Positions 18,011-28,972 are shown, numbered from the stretch's first letter. The stretch: 64,000 nucleotides of DNA from Parcubacteria group bacterium (GCA_041660065.1 JBAZXC010000002.1:170620-234619), one strand, 5' to 3'. Notes: generated by a model not told the origin, from the sequence alone. A program made the numbers and translations.

Positions 18011-20878
18011 TCATTTCTTTAAAACCTCGCGCAAGAATTTTGCTGTGTAGCTTTCTTTGTAATATTTGATGACTTCTTCCGGAGAACCTGCAACAATAAT
18101 TTTTCCACCGCCAGATCCGCCCTCCGGACCCATGTCGATGATCCAGTCCGCTGTTTTGATCACATCCATATTGTGCTCGATCACCACCACGCTGTTCCCG
18201 CTTTCCACCAATCGATGCAAAACATCGAGCAATTTTGCCACGTCATCAAAGTGCAATCCCGTCGTCGGTTCATCGAGGATATACATCGTTTTGCCTGTTG
18301 CTTTGCGCGCGAGTTCCGTTGCCAGTTTTACACGTTGCGCCTCACCGCCACTGAGGGTTGTCGCACTTTGTCCGAGATGGATATATCCGAGCCCCACGTC
18401 TTGTAATGTCTTGATGATCGTATGGATCGCCGGATACGGCTCAAAAAAATCCACCGCCTCATCAACTGTGAGATCCAACACATCCGCGATCGTTTTGCCA
18501 CGATAGGTAATCTGCAATGTCTCGCTATTATATCGTTTACCTTTGCATACATCGCACGGCAAATACACATCCGCCATAAATTGCATCTCGATCTTGAGCG
18601 CACCATCACCATCACAATTGTCACATCGCCCGCCACGCACATTGAAACTAAATCGTCCCGGTTTATATCCCCGGGCTTTTGCCGCCTTTGTCTGCGCAAA
18701 TAATTCACGGATCGGTGCAAATACACCAGTATAAGTCGCTGGATTGGATCGTGGTGTGCGGCCGATCGGACTTTGGTCGATCAATATCACTTTATCGAGA
18801 TGCTCCACACCAACGATCTCTTGATACTTACCGGGACGCACTGCACTACGCATGAGCTTATGTGCCAATCCTTTATACAGGATTTCTTCAACAAGCGTTG
18901 ATTTCCCACTGCCAGATACGCCCGTGACCACTGTCATCATGCCCAAGGGAAATTCTACGGTGATCCCCTGCAAATTATTTTCTCTCGCACCACGTACTGT
19001 GAGGATCTTTTTATTTTTTATCAAACGTCGATGTTCTGGCACTGGAATGAATTTCTCACCGCGCAAATATTTTGCCGTCAAAGACTCTTTGTTTTGGATC
19101 ACTTTTTCCGGCACATCTGCCACAACGATCCGCCCACCGTGCTTACCTGCACCCGGACCGATATCAACGAGAAAATCCGCCGCACGCATCGTCTCCTCAT
19201 CATGCTCGATCACGATCACCGTATTGCCGAGATCACGTAAATACAGCAATGTTTCCAGAAGCTTTGAATTGTCACGCGCATGCAGTCCGATCGATGGCTC
19301 ATCGAGAATATACAACACACCCACCAACTGCGATCCGATCTGACTCGCCAGTCTGATGCGCTGTGATTCGCCACCGCTGAGTGTGTGCGCACTGCGCGCA
19401 AGCATCAAATATCCCAATCCCACTTTATTCAAAAAACTGAGCCGTGAGATCACTTCTTTAATGATCCGCTCACCGATGATCTTTTCTTGTGTGTTGAGTG
19501 GCAATTTTTCAAAAAATTGTACAGCGTCCGTGATCGTCATTTGCGATATTTCATCAATATGTTTTCCACCGATCTTGATCCACAAAACCTCTTGTTTGTA
19601 TCGACTGCCCTGGCACGCGCTACATGGTTTGCGCGACATATATTGTTCGATATCTTTACGAATACTATCTGATTCTGTTTTTTTGTACCGCTCTTCGAGA
19701 AACCCCACAATACCTTTCCATTCCACAGTAAAACGCCATGTGCTCCCTTTGGCACTTTTCATGCTCACAGGAATTGGATCTGGATCCTCATCGCCATGCA
19801 CCAAAACATCAAATTGTCGCTCGGCCAGATCTTTGAGACGCACATTTTCGGGAATGTGATAATATTGCAAAACGGCATGAAAGATCGCTCCATAGTATGA
19901 GTTTTTCTTTTTATTGCTCCACGGCAATACGCCGCCCTGTGCGATCGTTTTACTTGTATCAGGGATCACCATCGTGTAGTCGATTTCTTTTTTTGTACCC
20001 AAACCCTCACAGGCCGGACACGCACCATATGGCGAATTGAAACTGAAGAGGCGCGGCTCCAAATCGGGAAAAACGATCTTTGGATGGCGATGGCATGCAA
20101 ATTTTTGATTATATACAGTCACGGATTTTTTCTTTTTGTCATAAGGACGACGTACATATACCAATCCATCCGCGATCTTGAGCGAGATCTCCACAGCCTC
20201 AAAAAGCCGTGAGATTTCTTCCGCATCCGCCTTCATCGTATCTACGATGATCTCGATATTGTGTTTTTTATTGCGGTCCAATGCCAACTCACTGGCGGCA
20301 TCCAAATTGTGCACCTCTCCATTGATATATGCCTCGAGAAATCCCCTGTCCCACATATCGGAAAATAGTTTCAAATAGGTACCCTTGCGTGCGCGCACGA
20401 CAGGCGCACAAATTTCAATCTCCTCGCCTTGTGCATTTTCAATGATCTGCGCAACGATCTCATCGGTCGAGAGCACTGTGATCGGTTCATGACACTCCGG
20501 ACAATGTGGCACACCGATCTTTGCCCAGAGAAGACGCAGATAATCATGCACCTCTGTCACCGTCCCTACCGTAGAACGAGGATTGTGTGACGTCGTTTTC
20601 TGATCGATCGAAATCGCCGGCGACAATCCCTCGATCGTATCCACATCCGGTTTATCCATCTGCCCCAAAAACTGCCGCGCATAACTGGACAAACTCTCCA
20701 GATACCGTCGTTGACCTTCTGCAAAGATCGTATCAAACGCCAGTGTGGATTTCCCGCTTCCGGACAAACCGGTAAACACCGTAAAACTGTCTCGCGGAAT
20801 CGTGAGATTGATATTTTTGAGATTATTTTCTCGTGCGCCTTTGATGACAATATAGTCCGATTTATCTTTCATAGTCAT
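18011..20878 (-). CDS. uvrA: excinuclease ABC subunit A
   Basis: Two ABC ATPase modules with zinc-finger insertions ([13 protein letters not shown], CPxC motifs, LSGGE); ORF-track N-terminal 131 aa judged non-coding, start at [20 protein letters not shown]. Confidence 0.9.
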   Translation of the reverse strand: MTMKDKSDYIVIKGARENNLKNINLTIPRDSFTVFTGLSGSGKSTLAFDTIFAEGQRRYLESLSSYARQFLGQMDKPDVDTIEGLSPAISIDQKTTSHNPRSTVGTVTEVHDYLRLLWAKIGVPHCPECHEPITVLSTDEIVAQIIENAQGEEIEICAPVVRARKGTYLKLFSDMWDRGFLEAYINGEVHNLDAASELALDRNKKHNIEIIVDTMKADAEEISRLFEAVEISLKIADGLVYVRRPYDKKKKSVTVYNQKFACHRHPKIVFPDLEPRLFSFNSPYGACPACEGLGTKKEIDYTMVIPDTSKTIAQGGVLPWSNKKKNSYYGAIFHAVLQYYHIPENVRLKDLAERQFDVLVHGDEDPDPIPVSMKSAKGSTWRFTVEWKGIVGFLEERYKKTESDSIRKDIEQYMSRKPCSACQGSRYKQEVLWIKIGGKHIDEISQMTITDAVQFFEKLPLNTQEKIIGERIIKEVISRLSFLNKVGLGYLMLARSAHTLSGGESQRIRLASQIGSQLVGVLYILDEPSIGLHARDNSKLLETLLYLRDLGNTVIVIEHDEETMRAADFLVDIGPGAGKHGGRIVVADVPEKVIQNKESLTAKYLRGEKFIPVPEHRRLIKNKKILTVRGARENNLQGITVEFPLGMMTVVTGVSGSGKSTLVEEILYKGLAHKLMRSAVRPGKYQEIVGVEHLDKVILIDQSPIGRTPRSNPATYTGVFAPIRELFAQTKAAKARGYKPGRFSFNVRGGRCDNCDGDGALKIEMQFMADVYLPCDVCKGKRYNSETLQITYRGKTIADVLDLTVDEAVDFFEPYPAIHTIIKTLQDVGLGYIHLGQSATTLSGGEAQRVKLATELARKATGKTMYILDEPTTGLHFDDVAKLLDVLHRLVESGNSVVVIEHNMDVIKTADWIIDMGPEGGSGGGKIIVAGSPEEVIKYYKESYTAKFLREVLKK

Positions 20879-20881
20879 CAC

Positions 20882-20910
20882 AGTATAGATCATAAATGAT
20901 GATCTTTCAA
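20882..20910 (-). promoter_or_regulatory. uvrA promoter TTGAAA-N17-TATACT whose spacer is the palindrome GATCAT-N5-ATGATC (20888..20904); candidate LexA operator; leaderless or near-leaderless start
   Basis: Read on coding strand: TTGAAAGATCATCATTTATGATCTATACTGTGATG. Confidence 0.4.
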
Positions 20911-20984
20911 GTAATGATGAAATAATCATTGACAAAGACCTATCAAAATACACGTCTTTGCGAGGAATGCAGTGATAACGGAAT

Positions 20985-21043
20985 GACGAAGCAATCTCAC
21001 TAAAATATGCTGTTTTTCGTGCAGTGATCGAGATTGCTTCGTC
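20985..21043. repeat. 14-bp perfect inverted repeat GACGAAGCAATCTC / GAGATTGCTTCGTC with 31-nt loop upstream of uvrA
   Basis: Read from sequence; loop contains GCAGTGAT repeated at 20970 and 21022. Confidence 0.5.
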
Positions 21044-21095
21044 GCTACACTTCGTTCCGATCCTCGTAAAGACGAGACTAATAAGTCCACTATCT

Positions 21096-21644
21096 TTATA
21101 TCTTGGAAAAAGGTGAGTGGTTACTATATTGTGCGATAAAATCACTCGGACGCACCCAATCCTCTTTTTTTGTACGCTTCTGCTCTGACTTGAAATATCC
21201 AGGTAAAACAGTTCCGTCCCATGCTCCCACATAGATCCCAAAATGCAGATGTTCCTCTTGCCACCAGCCATTATCCACCGTATTGCTCTTACCTACCAAT
21301 CCGATCACATCTCCCATGTCGACGCGCGCACCTTTTTTCTTGTTTCGCTCACCGAGATGTCCATACAATGTGTAAAAAAGTTTATGTGTCACTGGATGTT
21401 TATGCACCACGATGATGATATTACCCCAATTACCTTTTGTCGCACTGCCCGCATGCAGTGCCGAATACACGACAGACCCGCGACCAATTGATACGACAGG
21501 CGTCCCCGCAGAGCAGATGACATCTTCACCGAGATGTTCACCCCAATCCACACCTCCAAAAATCCCATACACACCAAAACCCAACCCATTCACACGGTAT
21601 TCATCGACTGGGTAACACAATTGTCGTGCATAAGGATACGCCAT
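21096..21644 (-). CDS. M23-family metallopeptidase
   Basis: HxxxD (HLGEDV) and HxH (HLHFG) zinc motifs of the LytM/lysostaphin family. Confidence 0.8.
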   Translation of the reverse strand: MAYPYARQLCYPVDEYRVNGLGFGVYGIFGGVDWGEHLGEDVICSAGTPVVSIGRGSVVYSALHAGSATKGNWGNIIIVVHKHPVTHKLFYTLYGHLGERNKKKGARVDMGDVIGLVGKSNTVDNGWWQEEHLHFGIYVGAWDGTVLPGYFKSEQKRTKKEDWVRPSDFIAQYSNHSPFSKI

Positions 21645-21645
21645 A

Positions 21646-21861
21646 TTACCATTTGATCTGAAATTCCAATTCCTCTCCGTCTTTTCCTCTTTCGTGTTCA
21701 ATGTTGATCACCGCATCTTTGGGAATGCGTAATTTTTCTCCCGCAACGTGGATCACGAATTTTTCATCTTTTTCCAACACGTCTGCCAAACGTCGCAACT
21801 TTTTGATAAACTCTTTTTTCGTATAGACTTTTTCAATATCTCTGTTTTTTGATCTTTGCAT
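21646..21861 (-). CDS. amphi-Trp domain protein
   Basis: 71 aa, charged, C-terminal EFQIKW; matches amphi-Trp small protein family. Confidence 0.45.
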   Translation of the reverse strand: MQRSKNRDIEKVYTKKEFIKKLRRLADVLEKDEKFVIHVAGEKLRIPKDAVINIEHERGKDGEELEFQIKW

Positions 21862-21872
21862 ACGTGAAAAAT

Positions 21873-22982
21873 TTATTTATTAACTTCTCCATATAATATT
21901 TCTTTGGATCTTTCTTCTGTTTTTAAAAACTCATCACCCAACTTTTTTAATTCATTATTTGTTACATTGCCAAAAAGTTTTTCTATCAAACGCTGCCCAC
22001 TCTCCGGGAGTCTTTCTTGCGCTTTTTTCATGAGTTCCTCCCCATCGATATCTTTTTCTAAAGATAAAATGTTATTCACCCACCGTGCCGCACCTGCTTG
22101 GCGGATTATTGTTTGTAAATCCGGCAAGTCATATTCTCTGAGCTTTGCATTTTTTACCGCAGAAAAAACCTCTGCACTCCTTTTTGAAAAATCCCCTTGC
22201 ATCCCATGAGCATCTTGTTCACTTGGCAAACTCAAATATCGCTTATGAGATCCCTTAAATAAAGAATCATCCCTGCACATCGAACGTCTTTTTTGCAACG
22301 TGAACCATGCAATATCATTTGCGATCTTTTCCTTTATCTCCTCGCTTTCCATATCTCTGACAGTGGCACACTGAAAGGCGTGTGCGATCTCATGTGCAAT
22401 TGCATCTAAAAAATCCTTGAGATTCTCATTATGCTCAAGCTTGCCTCTACCAATACCGATTGTGCCAAGTAAATCGCCAAAGCCTTCATAATAGATTGCG
22501 TCAGCGGTAATTGTTCTTCCCGCATCAAATACGGTTATCTTTGGGATCTTATAACTGGCGCATAATTGATTTGCCCATTCCTGGCACATCTCCAACCGCC
22601 CACTTGTATCTCTGCCAATCCATTTTTTATTCAGATCCAAAAGACTTTCTTCAATTGCATGTAATGCTTCATTCGTACAAATTTTGTGAATATCCTGCAA
22701 TTCTTTGCTTGGTGTATACAGTTCATAAATTCTTGATTCTGCTTCAAGCATTTCTTCCGGCATGTGGATACGTGCTCCATTTTTTTCAAAAACATGCCAA
22801 CGCAAATCACTTATCAAATCTCTCTTCTCTTCGTCAGACAGAGATTTCAGATGCTCCTCAGGAAAGGACAAGATCTCTCTCGCCTTTTCTTGATTTTTTG
22901 TATTTATTATTTCTTTCTCATGATCAACAAGGCTTTTCTGGTCATTGCTGTGCAAAGTTTCAAATTCATTCATAAATATCAT
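21873..22982 (-). CDS. hypothetical protein with HExxH zinc-metallopeptidase motif
   Basis: DAIAHEIAHAFQ motif; no signal peptide. Confidence 0.45.
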   Translation of the reverse strand: MIFMNEFETLHSNDQKSLVDHEKEIINTKNQEKAREILSFPEEHLKSLSDEEKRDLISDLRWHVFEKNGARIHMPEEMLEAESRIYELYTPSKELQDIHKICTNEALHAIEESLLDLNKKWIGRDTSGRLEMCQEWANQLCASYKIPKITVFDAGRTITADAIYYEGFGDLLGTIGIGRGKLEHNENLKDFLDAIAHEIAHAFQCATVRDMESEEIKEKIANDIAWFTLQKRRSMCRDDSLFKGSHKRYLSLPSEQDAHGMQGDFSKRSAEVFSAVKNAKLREYDLPDLQTIIRQAGAARWVNNILSLEKDIDGEELMKKAQERLPESGQRLIEKLFGNVTNNELKKLGDEFLKTEERSKEILYGEVNK

Positions 22983-22985
22983 TAG

Positions 22986-23540
22986 CTATTGCATCATCGT
23001 CAACAATTCTTCCAATCCTGTCGTAAATGTCACAAATCCACTCACTTGATTGATGTGTCCGACGTCATTGAGTACGATCAATTTTCCTCCCAATTTTTCT
23101 TCCAAAACCTTCCCCTCTGCAAGCGGTACATAGGGATCATTGTCAGAATTGATAAAGACTTTTTGCATCACAGACCGCGCAACTTTATCATAATCCAAGG
23201 GCGAAGTAAAAAAACTCTCCAAATACGGGATACCGATCGAATGTGAAAATCCCGAAACTAAAAGCATACCTCCGATCTTTTCATTTTCTGCCAGAGATTC
23301 CACATACCGCATGATCGCCATACACCCCAGACTATGTCCGACCAAAAAAATCTCTTCGTTTGGCGTGCCGATCTTTGTGTGCAAATATTTCACCCACTCA
23401 TCCATTTGAGGAAAATCTGCGATTGGCATCTGCAATACTTCTGCAGAAATATTTTTCGCGCTGAGCTCGTCTTTCATCCACGGAAGCCAATCTGATTGCG
23501 CAGAACCACTCCACCCATGGACAATAAATACCTTTTTCAT
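22986..23540 (-). CDS. alpha/beta serine hydrolase (RBBP9/YdeN family)
   Basis: IVHGWSGS oxyanion region, GHSLGC nucleophile elbow, ~185 aa. Confidence 0.7.
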   Translation of the reverse strand: MKKVFIVHGWSGSAQSDWLPWMKDELSAKNISAEVLQMPIADFPQMDEWVKYLHTKIGTPNEEIFLVGHSLGCMAIMRYVESLAENEKIGGMLLVSGFSHSIGIPYLESFFTSPLDYDKVARSVMQKVFINSDNDPYVPLAEGKVLEEKLGGKLIVLNDVGHINQVSGFVTFTTGLEELLTMMQ

Positions 23541-23723
23541 ATATTTTATCAAAAAATGACTTACTGCCTATATTTTACTCCACTCACTGTAAAATCCAAA
23601 ATTCATATGTGAATTCGCTTTCTTGACAAAATATATTTTTTGATGCTAATATTGACAGTTGTTTTTTACATCAAAAAGAGCTCGTACCTAAAAAATCTGA
23701 TTTTCCCACAAAGGAGACTCCCC

Positions 23724-24011
23724 ATGGCAAACGAAATTTACAAAGTGGATATTTTTGCAGTTGATCGTGCAATGCTAGGCGACTCAAAAACGATCACGAT
23801 CCATCGAAACAATGGCATTCCATTGAAAATTCCTCTCTCTCGCATTACATGGTCAATCGTGCCGGATGATATGGGAGAAATCGATTTTTGTATTACCCCA
23901 GTCATTGACGATGATCTGCAAATGACCTATGAGATCGCCGGATACAAAAAGTACATGGAGGAATTTGCCGAAGCAATAGGTCTCCGCACCGGCATTTTTA
24001 AAAAAGACTAA
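23724..24011 (+). CDS. hypothetical protein (95 aa)
   Basis: SD AAAGGAGA upstream of MANEIYK; terminator downstream. Confidence 0.4.
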   Translation: MANEIYKVDIFAVDRAMLGDSKTITIHRNNGIPLKIPLSRITWSIVPDDMGEIDFCITPVIDDDLQMTYEIAGYKKYMEEFAEAIGLRTGIFKKD

Positions 24012-24035
24012 CAGTTACCCACCTCCTGATTCAAA

Positions 24036-24085
24036 AACTCTGCATTAGCGCACTATTGCAGAGTTTTTATTTTGAAAAATTTAAT
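24036..24085. terminator. bidirectional intrinsic terminator (AACTCTGCA..TGCAGAGTT flanked by A-run and T-run)
   Basis: Read from sequence between convergent genes. Confidence 0.6.
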
Positions 24086-24094
24086 GCACCACAT

Positions 24095-24385
24095 TTACAA
24101 CAATTTCCTTCTTGCCCAGACTTTCTCCACATAGATCTTGCGCCACCATACACGTCCGGACAAAAAACCGCCAACTGCGCCCAATAGCAAAAGCACCCAG
24201 TAAAAGATTGGACCTATATGATCACCCCCCGGAGAATTCAATTGACTGAACTCGACCAAAGCGCACGCGACAATGCCGACAAGCGCGCCCAAGATCGTGG
24301 CCGCAATCAGATACACGATCTTTTTGGTGACTGTTGGTTCTCCCGGGGCAACAAATTGTACGACACGATCTGCAATGATTCTCAT
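24095..24385 (-). CDS. small membrane protein (2 TM)
   Basis: ORF, hydrophobic helices. Confidence 0.35.
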   Translation of the reverse strand: MRIIADRVVQFVAPGEPTVTKKIVYLIAATILGALVGIVACALVEFSQLNSPGGDHIGPIFYWVLLLLGAVGGFLSGRVWWRKIYVEKVWARRKLL

Positions 24386-24538
24386 ATGTTTTTTTATTTT
24401 AAATTTATCATCTCTTCGTATACTATCATAGCAAATACTTTCAAAAAGTCCCAGAGTAAAAAATATCCGGCACATGCCTTTTTGCAAAAATATAAAAAGA
24501 GCTGGTTAGGCTCTTTTGATTCATATTTTATAACCTTT

Positions 24539-25525
24539 TTATTGTAGTATTAATTTATAATACCGAAACTTATTGATTGTGAGGATGTTATTATGATCCC
24601 GCACATGTCGACCGACATCACTATAAAAAATCACTAAACGTTCGCGATCCTTTTTGACGTACTCGATGATCTTTTCTGTCTCGAAAATTTCATGGATAAA
24701 GCCGTTTCCTTTTGCACATTCCAATCGTCGCTTGTATGACTGCGCATTTCTATCTGACAGATCCCCACCATCAACGATATACAGGTCATAACCGGAGAAA
24801 TTATCTCGGAAATTATCAACGATGTATTCCAGACGATTTTTGGGAAGCCTGTACAAAAATCTGTTTCCCTTTTTGTTCTTCATCTGCACCTGCTGAATGA
24901 GGATCCGCCGGTCATTCATGATTGAGAAGCCGATTGTCATAACATGCGTACCTTTATAGTGCACGAGAAAACCAAATATCCCATCCAAGAATGTGCGACT
25001 GTGTTTGGAATAACCATATTCATTATAGCCTGTAGTAAAATCAAGTCTTACAGAAAAATCCTTTGGTAGACCACGAAAAACAAATTCCGTCAGATGATCA
25101 TATGCATCGACCACTTCATTCCAAACATTACGACCACCACCATACAACCACATGGAACTCTGGATCTTCCGCACAAGATTATACCGATCATCACATTTAA
25201 AAAGATCCTCGACAGTAGTATGCATGTATCCAGATGAATATTCGATCTTGCACAACTCATCAAATGTAAAATGCTCAAATACCTCAAGCGGTAATTGATA
25301 AAAATTGCGCCAGAATTGAAAATCCTCGGGATCGCACAGATGATCAGCGATCAATTCTCGCTTACCTGCCAATTTTTTGGAAATATTGCGCAATGCGTAG
25401 ATCGGTTCTTTCCACCGCGGACTCACCTTGCGCAAACAACCTTTTACCTGTCCCAATTCAATGCCCACCATGAAAATCACCTCCTTTGTATATTTTGACA
25501 CATCTCTTTTATTTTTAAATAACAA
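24539..25525 (-). CDS. hypothetical protein
   Basis: ORF only. Confidence 0.4.
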   Translation of the reverse strand: MLFKNKRDVSKYTKEVIFMVGIELGQVKGCLRKVSPRWKEPIYALRNISKKLAGKRELIADHLCDPEDFQFWRNFYQLPLEVFEHFTFDELCKIEYSSGYMHTTVEDLFKCDDRYNLVRKIQSSMWLYGGGRNVWNEVVDAYDHLTEFVFRGLPKDFSVRLDFTTGYNEYGYSKHSRTFLDGIFGFLVHYKGTHVMTIGFSIMNDRRILIQQVQMKNKKGNRFLYRLPKNRLEYIVDNFRDNFSGYDLYIVDGGDLSDRNAQSYKRRLECAKGNGFIHEIFETEKIIEYVKKDRERLVIFYSDVGRHVRDHNNILTINKFRYYKLILQ

Positions 25526-25621
25526 CCGGTCATTCTAAACCATACAAAACAATTTGTCAACGGTCGTTGCGTGCTTTTTTGTATATAGATGTACACGACA
25601 GTACAACAGTGATATAATTTC

Positions 25622-26134
25622 TTGGTTATGAACACAATTCAAGAAAATAAAAATCCCACACAAGAGGACTCAACATTGGAAAGTCTTGCATTCAAAGCCA
25701 CACGACACATCGGGTCAACGACATCACTGATCATCCACTCGATTTTTTTCGTGGGAATTTTTGCGTTGCAGTGGCTCAATTTTACTTTTGATCAGATCAT
25801 GCTCATCCTCACAACCGTTGTATCTTTAGAAGCGATCTATCTCGCCATATTCATCCAGATGACCGTCAACCGCCACGCAAGCGAACTCGCTGATATCAGT
25901 GAAGATGTGGAGGATATTAGCGAGGATGTGGAAGAGATTTCCAAAGATATTGATGATATCCAGGAAGATGTGGAGGATATTAGCGAGGATGTGGAAGAGA
26001 TTGGCGAAGAAATGGAAAAGGATGATGAAAAAGATGATGCAAAACACAACAGCAGTCAACAACGGATCAATCACATCGAAAGCATCCTCAAAGAACTCCT
26101 CGCCGAGGTTCGTGAGCTAAAGGATAAGAAATAA
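25622..26134 (+). CDS. 2-TM membrane protein with acidic 21-aa tandem repeat (EDVEDISEDVEEIS..)
   Basis: 63-nt tandem DNA repeat at ~25901..26026; 3' terminal 68 nt duplicated at 27917..27984. Confidence 0.55.
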   Translation: MVMNTIQENKNPTQEDSTLESLAFKATRHIGSTTSLIIHSIFFVGIFALQWLNFTFDQIMLILTTVVSLEAIYLAIFIQMTVNRHASELADISEDVEDISEDVEEISKDIDDIQEDVEDISEDVEEIGEEMEKDDEKDDAKHNSSQQRINHIESILKELLAEVRELKDKK

Positions 26135-26194
26135 AATAAAAAACGACGATGCAACTGACACCGTCGTTAAAATTCTTCTGTGGATTATCTTGAT

Positions 26195-26788
26195 TTAGAG
26201 ATCCGATTTAAACTGCAAGAGCATTTCCAATAAACTGCGCTCTTTTAGGAGAATCTCAATAAAAAAGATCTCCGGTAAAGATGTGTACGGACTTTCTACT
26301 CCCACTTCATGAAATATGAATGAGGTATTTGTTGAAAGCAAAGCCTCTTGCACCAGTGTATTTTGCCGGATCTTCTCATGAATGAATGTGACAATGAGCA
26401 TACGGTGTTCAATTGAGTTATAGATGATCTGCTCATCTCCCCAATAAACAAAACGCTTTTCCCCTTTTTGAATGGAATGCGTGATTTCCCTTCCAGCTCT
26501 CAGTGCATCCATCCCATCCATCGCAAATATTTCTTCTCGCTCGGCAATATCCGCAAATTTAATGCCCTGCAATGGACTCTCAACGGATGGAAAAATGTGT
26601 GACCCAATTGCAAATGGTGTTGTGGCAGGATTTGACAAGATTTGCCCTCTCCAATCCTCCGAGCGATATCGGATGTTCAAACTGTCCTTGTTTTTTTGAA
26701 CCATAAGATCACCTATTCCTTGTTTTATGATATATTTTGTTAAAATAACGGTAAAAATCAGCATATAGTATTTTGTATACCATGTCAA
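26195..26788 (-). CDS. NADAR (DUF1768/YbiA-like) domain protein
   Basis: C-terminal MLIVTFIHEKIRQNTLVQEALLSTNTSFIFHEVGVESPY resembles NADAR consensus. Confidence 0.45.
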   Translation of the reverse strand: MTWYTKYYMLIFTVILTKYIIKQGIGDLMVQKNKDSLNIRYRSEDWRGQILSNPATTPFAIGSHIFPSVESPLQGIKFADIAEREEIFAMDGMDALRAGREITHSIQKGEKRFVYWGDEQIIYNSIEHRMLIVTFIHEKIRQNTLVQEALLSTNTSFIFHEVGVESPYTSLPEIFFIEILLKERSLLEMLLQFKSDL

Positions 26789-26953
26789 TCAACACGACCA
26801 TTGTGATCACAATAGCATGAATTTTAGTCAAAAATTTATCTTTTTTGCACCCCGCGCACAAAGACTTCCGACAGAGCAGAAATTCTCACGAAAAAAGATC
26901 ACTCTCATTGTGAGGATGACCTTTTCTTTTTTTGAAAACTTTTCTGTGATGAC

Positions 26954-27190
26954 CTATTTTGTGCTGATGCCAAAAAATTTGTACAGCATGCAATAGCCAG
27001 TCGCTGCGGTCAGAAGCAACATTACGCCAATAATATACCCGACAACCTGCCCCCAGCCAGCAAATGCGCTGTACGCAAAATACATCACCACCAAACCCGC
27101 GATCGCGCGAAAAACACGATCCATTGTGCCCTCGTTGACCTGCATATGATTATAAATTAACAAATTATCTTTGTATTGTAGTACCTCCAC
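26954..27190 (-). CDS. DUF2892 (YgaP-like) small membrane protein
   Basis: RVFRAIAGLVVMYFAYSAFAGWGQVVGYIIGVMLLLTAATGYCMLY pattern. Confidence 0.5.
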   Translation of the reverse strand: MEVLQYKDNLLIYNHMQVNEGTMDRVFRAIAGLVVMYFAYSAFAGWGQVVGYIIGVMLLLTAATGYCMLYKFFGISTK

Positions 27191-27353
27191 AATCCCCCCT
27201 TTATTTCACCCATTCGTCATTGCGATGAACAGAGAGAAGACTCTTGCCCTTTTATCTCTTTGACAGACCACATATAAACTGCTATGCTAACGCGTTACCA
27301 AAAAAGTCATTTAACAATCACACAAACACATTCCCGTATAGGAGGACTCAGAG

Positions 27354-27854
27354 ATGCCCGCGTACGAACCGACCGGACCGTATATCTTACAGAGCGGTCC
27401 AAAAAAAGGCCTGAGCATTGAGCAACTCATGTTCAGTAATTACGAATGGCTCGTCTTCATGAAAAATTTTCTCAATGAAAAAAGCCCCGACGCCAAAAAC
27501 CAGTTACACAAACACATTGAGTGGGTACTTGGTCAAGGAAGTCGCCGCTCGCCCACGATGATTTGCCCCCAATGTGGCAAAAGACCGGTATCCTATTTTT
27601 CCTATCTCGGATCCGAACAATTTGGCTATTCGATGGGCGCTACATACACATGCTGTAATGATGAGGACTGCATACACCGATTGAGTACCCGGGGCATTGA
27701 AAAAAAACCGGCTTTTTTATCGATCGACCACTCATCGATCATACATTTCAAATCAAAGCGTGATCAAAAGAAAGTCGTAGACATTCTCAAAAAATGTTAT
27801 GAGTTGCCCAAACGGCTGACTAAAGAGACATTGTTCGCGTTCTTTAACAAGTAA
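27354..27854 (+). CDS. hypothetical protein with zinc-ribbon (CPQC...CC..C)
   Basis: Strong SD AGGAGG; ORF. Confidence 0.45.
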   Translation: MPAYEPTGPYILQSGPKKGLSIEQLMFSNYEWLVFMKNFLNEKSPDAKNQLHKHIEWVLGQGSRRSPTMICPQCGKRPVSYFSYLGSEQFGYSMGATYTCCNDEDCIHRLSTRGIEKKPAFLSIDHSSIIHFKSKRDQKKVVDILKKCYELPKRLTKETLFAFFNK

Positions 27855-27913
27855 CGCAAAACAAAAAGAGCCTGTATCATTCAGACTCTTTTTTCTTTTT
27901 CTCCTATTTATTC

Positions 27914-27984
27914 ATCTCAATCACATCGAAAGCATCCTCAAAGAACTCGTCGTCGAGGTCCGCGAGCTAAAGGATAAGAAATGA
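27914..27984 (+). pseudogene. remnant of the 3' end of gene 25622..26134 (encodes ..INHIESILKELVVEVRELKDKK*)
   Basis: 68 nt with 5 mismatches vs 26067..26134; no start codon upstream. Confidence 0.55.
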
Positions 27985-28048
27985 AAAAATCGGTCTTTCT
28001 CTCCACAAAGAGAAAGACCGATTGCACGTGATTACGTACTGACAATAT

Positions 28049-28972
28049 TTATTGCTTGCACATTTCCCACACATCTGGATATTGTTGCATCGTCTGAGCC
28101 GTAGCGAGATTCCACGAATCAGTATTACACTGTATTTCTCGATCATCTTTATGCAAAGATTCGAGATAGTTGCGATACAGCTCATAGAATTGTCGCTCTC
28201 GGATCGATCCGGGATTAAACCGATGGACTGCGTCAGGATGACTATTCATCAAACCGGCAAAATTACTCGTGGCGACGTTTATCAATTCCTGTTGCACAAT
28301 GACTTTGGGATTCTCAGCAATTTTGAGCGCATATTCATACCTTTCCGTCGTCAATGGCATTTTCCCCAGTGTGGAAACCTGCTCATCATACACCGCCTGC
28401 TGTGTTGGGATCGTGGTCCAAAATGGAGTAATGTAAAATCCACGAATAGGAAACATCGCCAAGAAAATCAAACCTGCGCCACAAAATACACCACAAAAAG
28501 GAACAATGAAACCAATGAACTCAAGGTTGTTTAACTTTCTCACAACAAACATGCAACAAGAAAGAACGGCAAAAAAGTACATCAGCATAAAATATGACGA
28601 CGGAGAAACACCTGCATACATGGACGGTACATGTCTGACCCTAAAAATACACATGACCGCAATAAGATTAACAATCCAAAGAAGCAGCAGCATAGCACCT
28701 ATTTTGCTATATAACGGCTTCGCAAGCCTAAAACTCCTTTCCTTCTTATCGAGATATATCCCATCTTTGAGTATAATACTCTTGCACTTTTTACACTTGT
28801 CCTCATTCCATTCCAAGTCTATCGACTTGATGTGTTTACCACATCTAGGACAACGGCGAAAATCATGCATTGCCTCAGAATTTCCTTCTGCTTTTACCAA
28901 GTATTCTTTGGCAAAGCAACGTCTCCACAGATCAACAACATAGTTTTTCAACGAACTGACAAGCTGTGCCAT
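28049..28972 (-). CDS. hypothetical membrane protein with N-terminal zinc ribbon
   Basis: CPRCGK...CKKCK then 4 TM helices; terminator hairpin 27991..28020 downstream. Confidence 0.45.
   Translation of the reverse strand: MAQLVSSLKNYVVDLWRRCFAKEYLVKAEGNSEAMHDFRRCPRCGKHIKSIDLEWNEDKCKKCKSIILKDGIYLDKKERSFRLAKPLYSKIGAMLLLLWIVNLIAVMCIFRVRHVPSMYAGVSPSSYFMLMYFFAVLSCCMFVVRKLNNLEFIGFIVPFCGVFCGAGLIFLAMFPIRGFYITPFWTTIPTQQAVYDEQVSTLGKMPLTTERYEYALKIAENPKVIVQQELINVATSNFAGLMNSHPDAVHRFNPGSIRERQFYELYRNYLESLHKDDREIQCNTDSWNLATAQTMQQYPDVWEMCKQ

Noticed and set aside
18066-20899. Numerous plus-strand ORFs overlapping uvrA, and similar antisense ORFs over korA, pepA and hsdMS
   Set aside because: They are entirely embedded antisense to strongly supported long genes, with biased composition and no RBS.
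20879-21271. 131-aa N-terminal extension of the uvrA ORF
   Set aside because: No similarity to UvrA. It contains a promoter and an inverted repeat. The canonical UvrA N-terminus begins at [18 protein letters not shown].
26135-27916. Integrative mobile element call for the 1.8-kb insert
   Set aside because: Direct-repeat gene-end duplication is present, but no integrase, recombinase or transposase is encoded. Reported as a finding only, not as a mobile_element feature.
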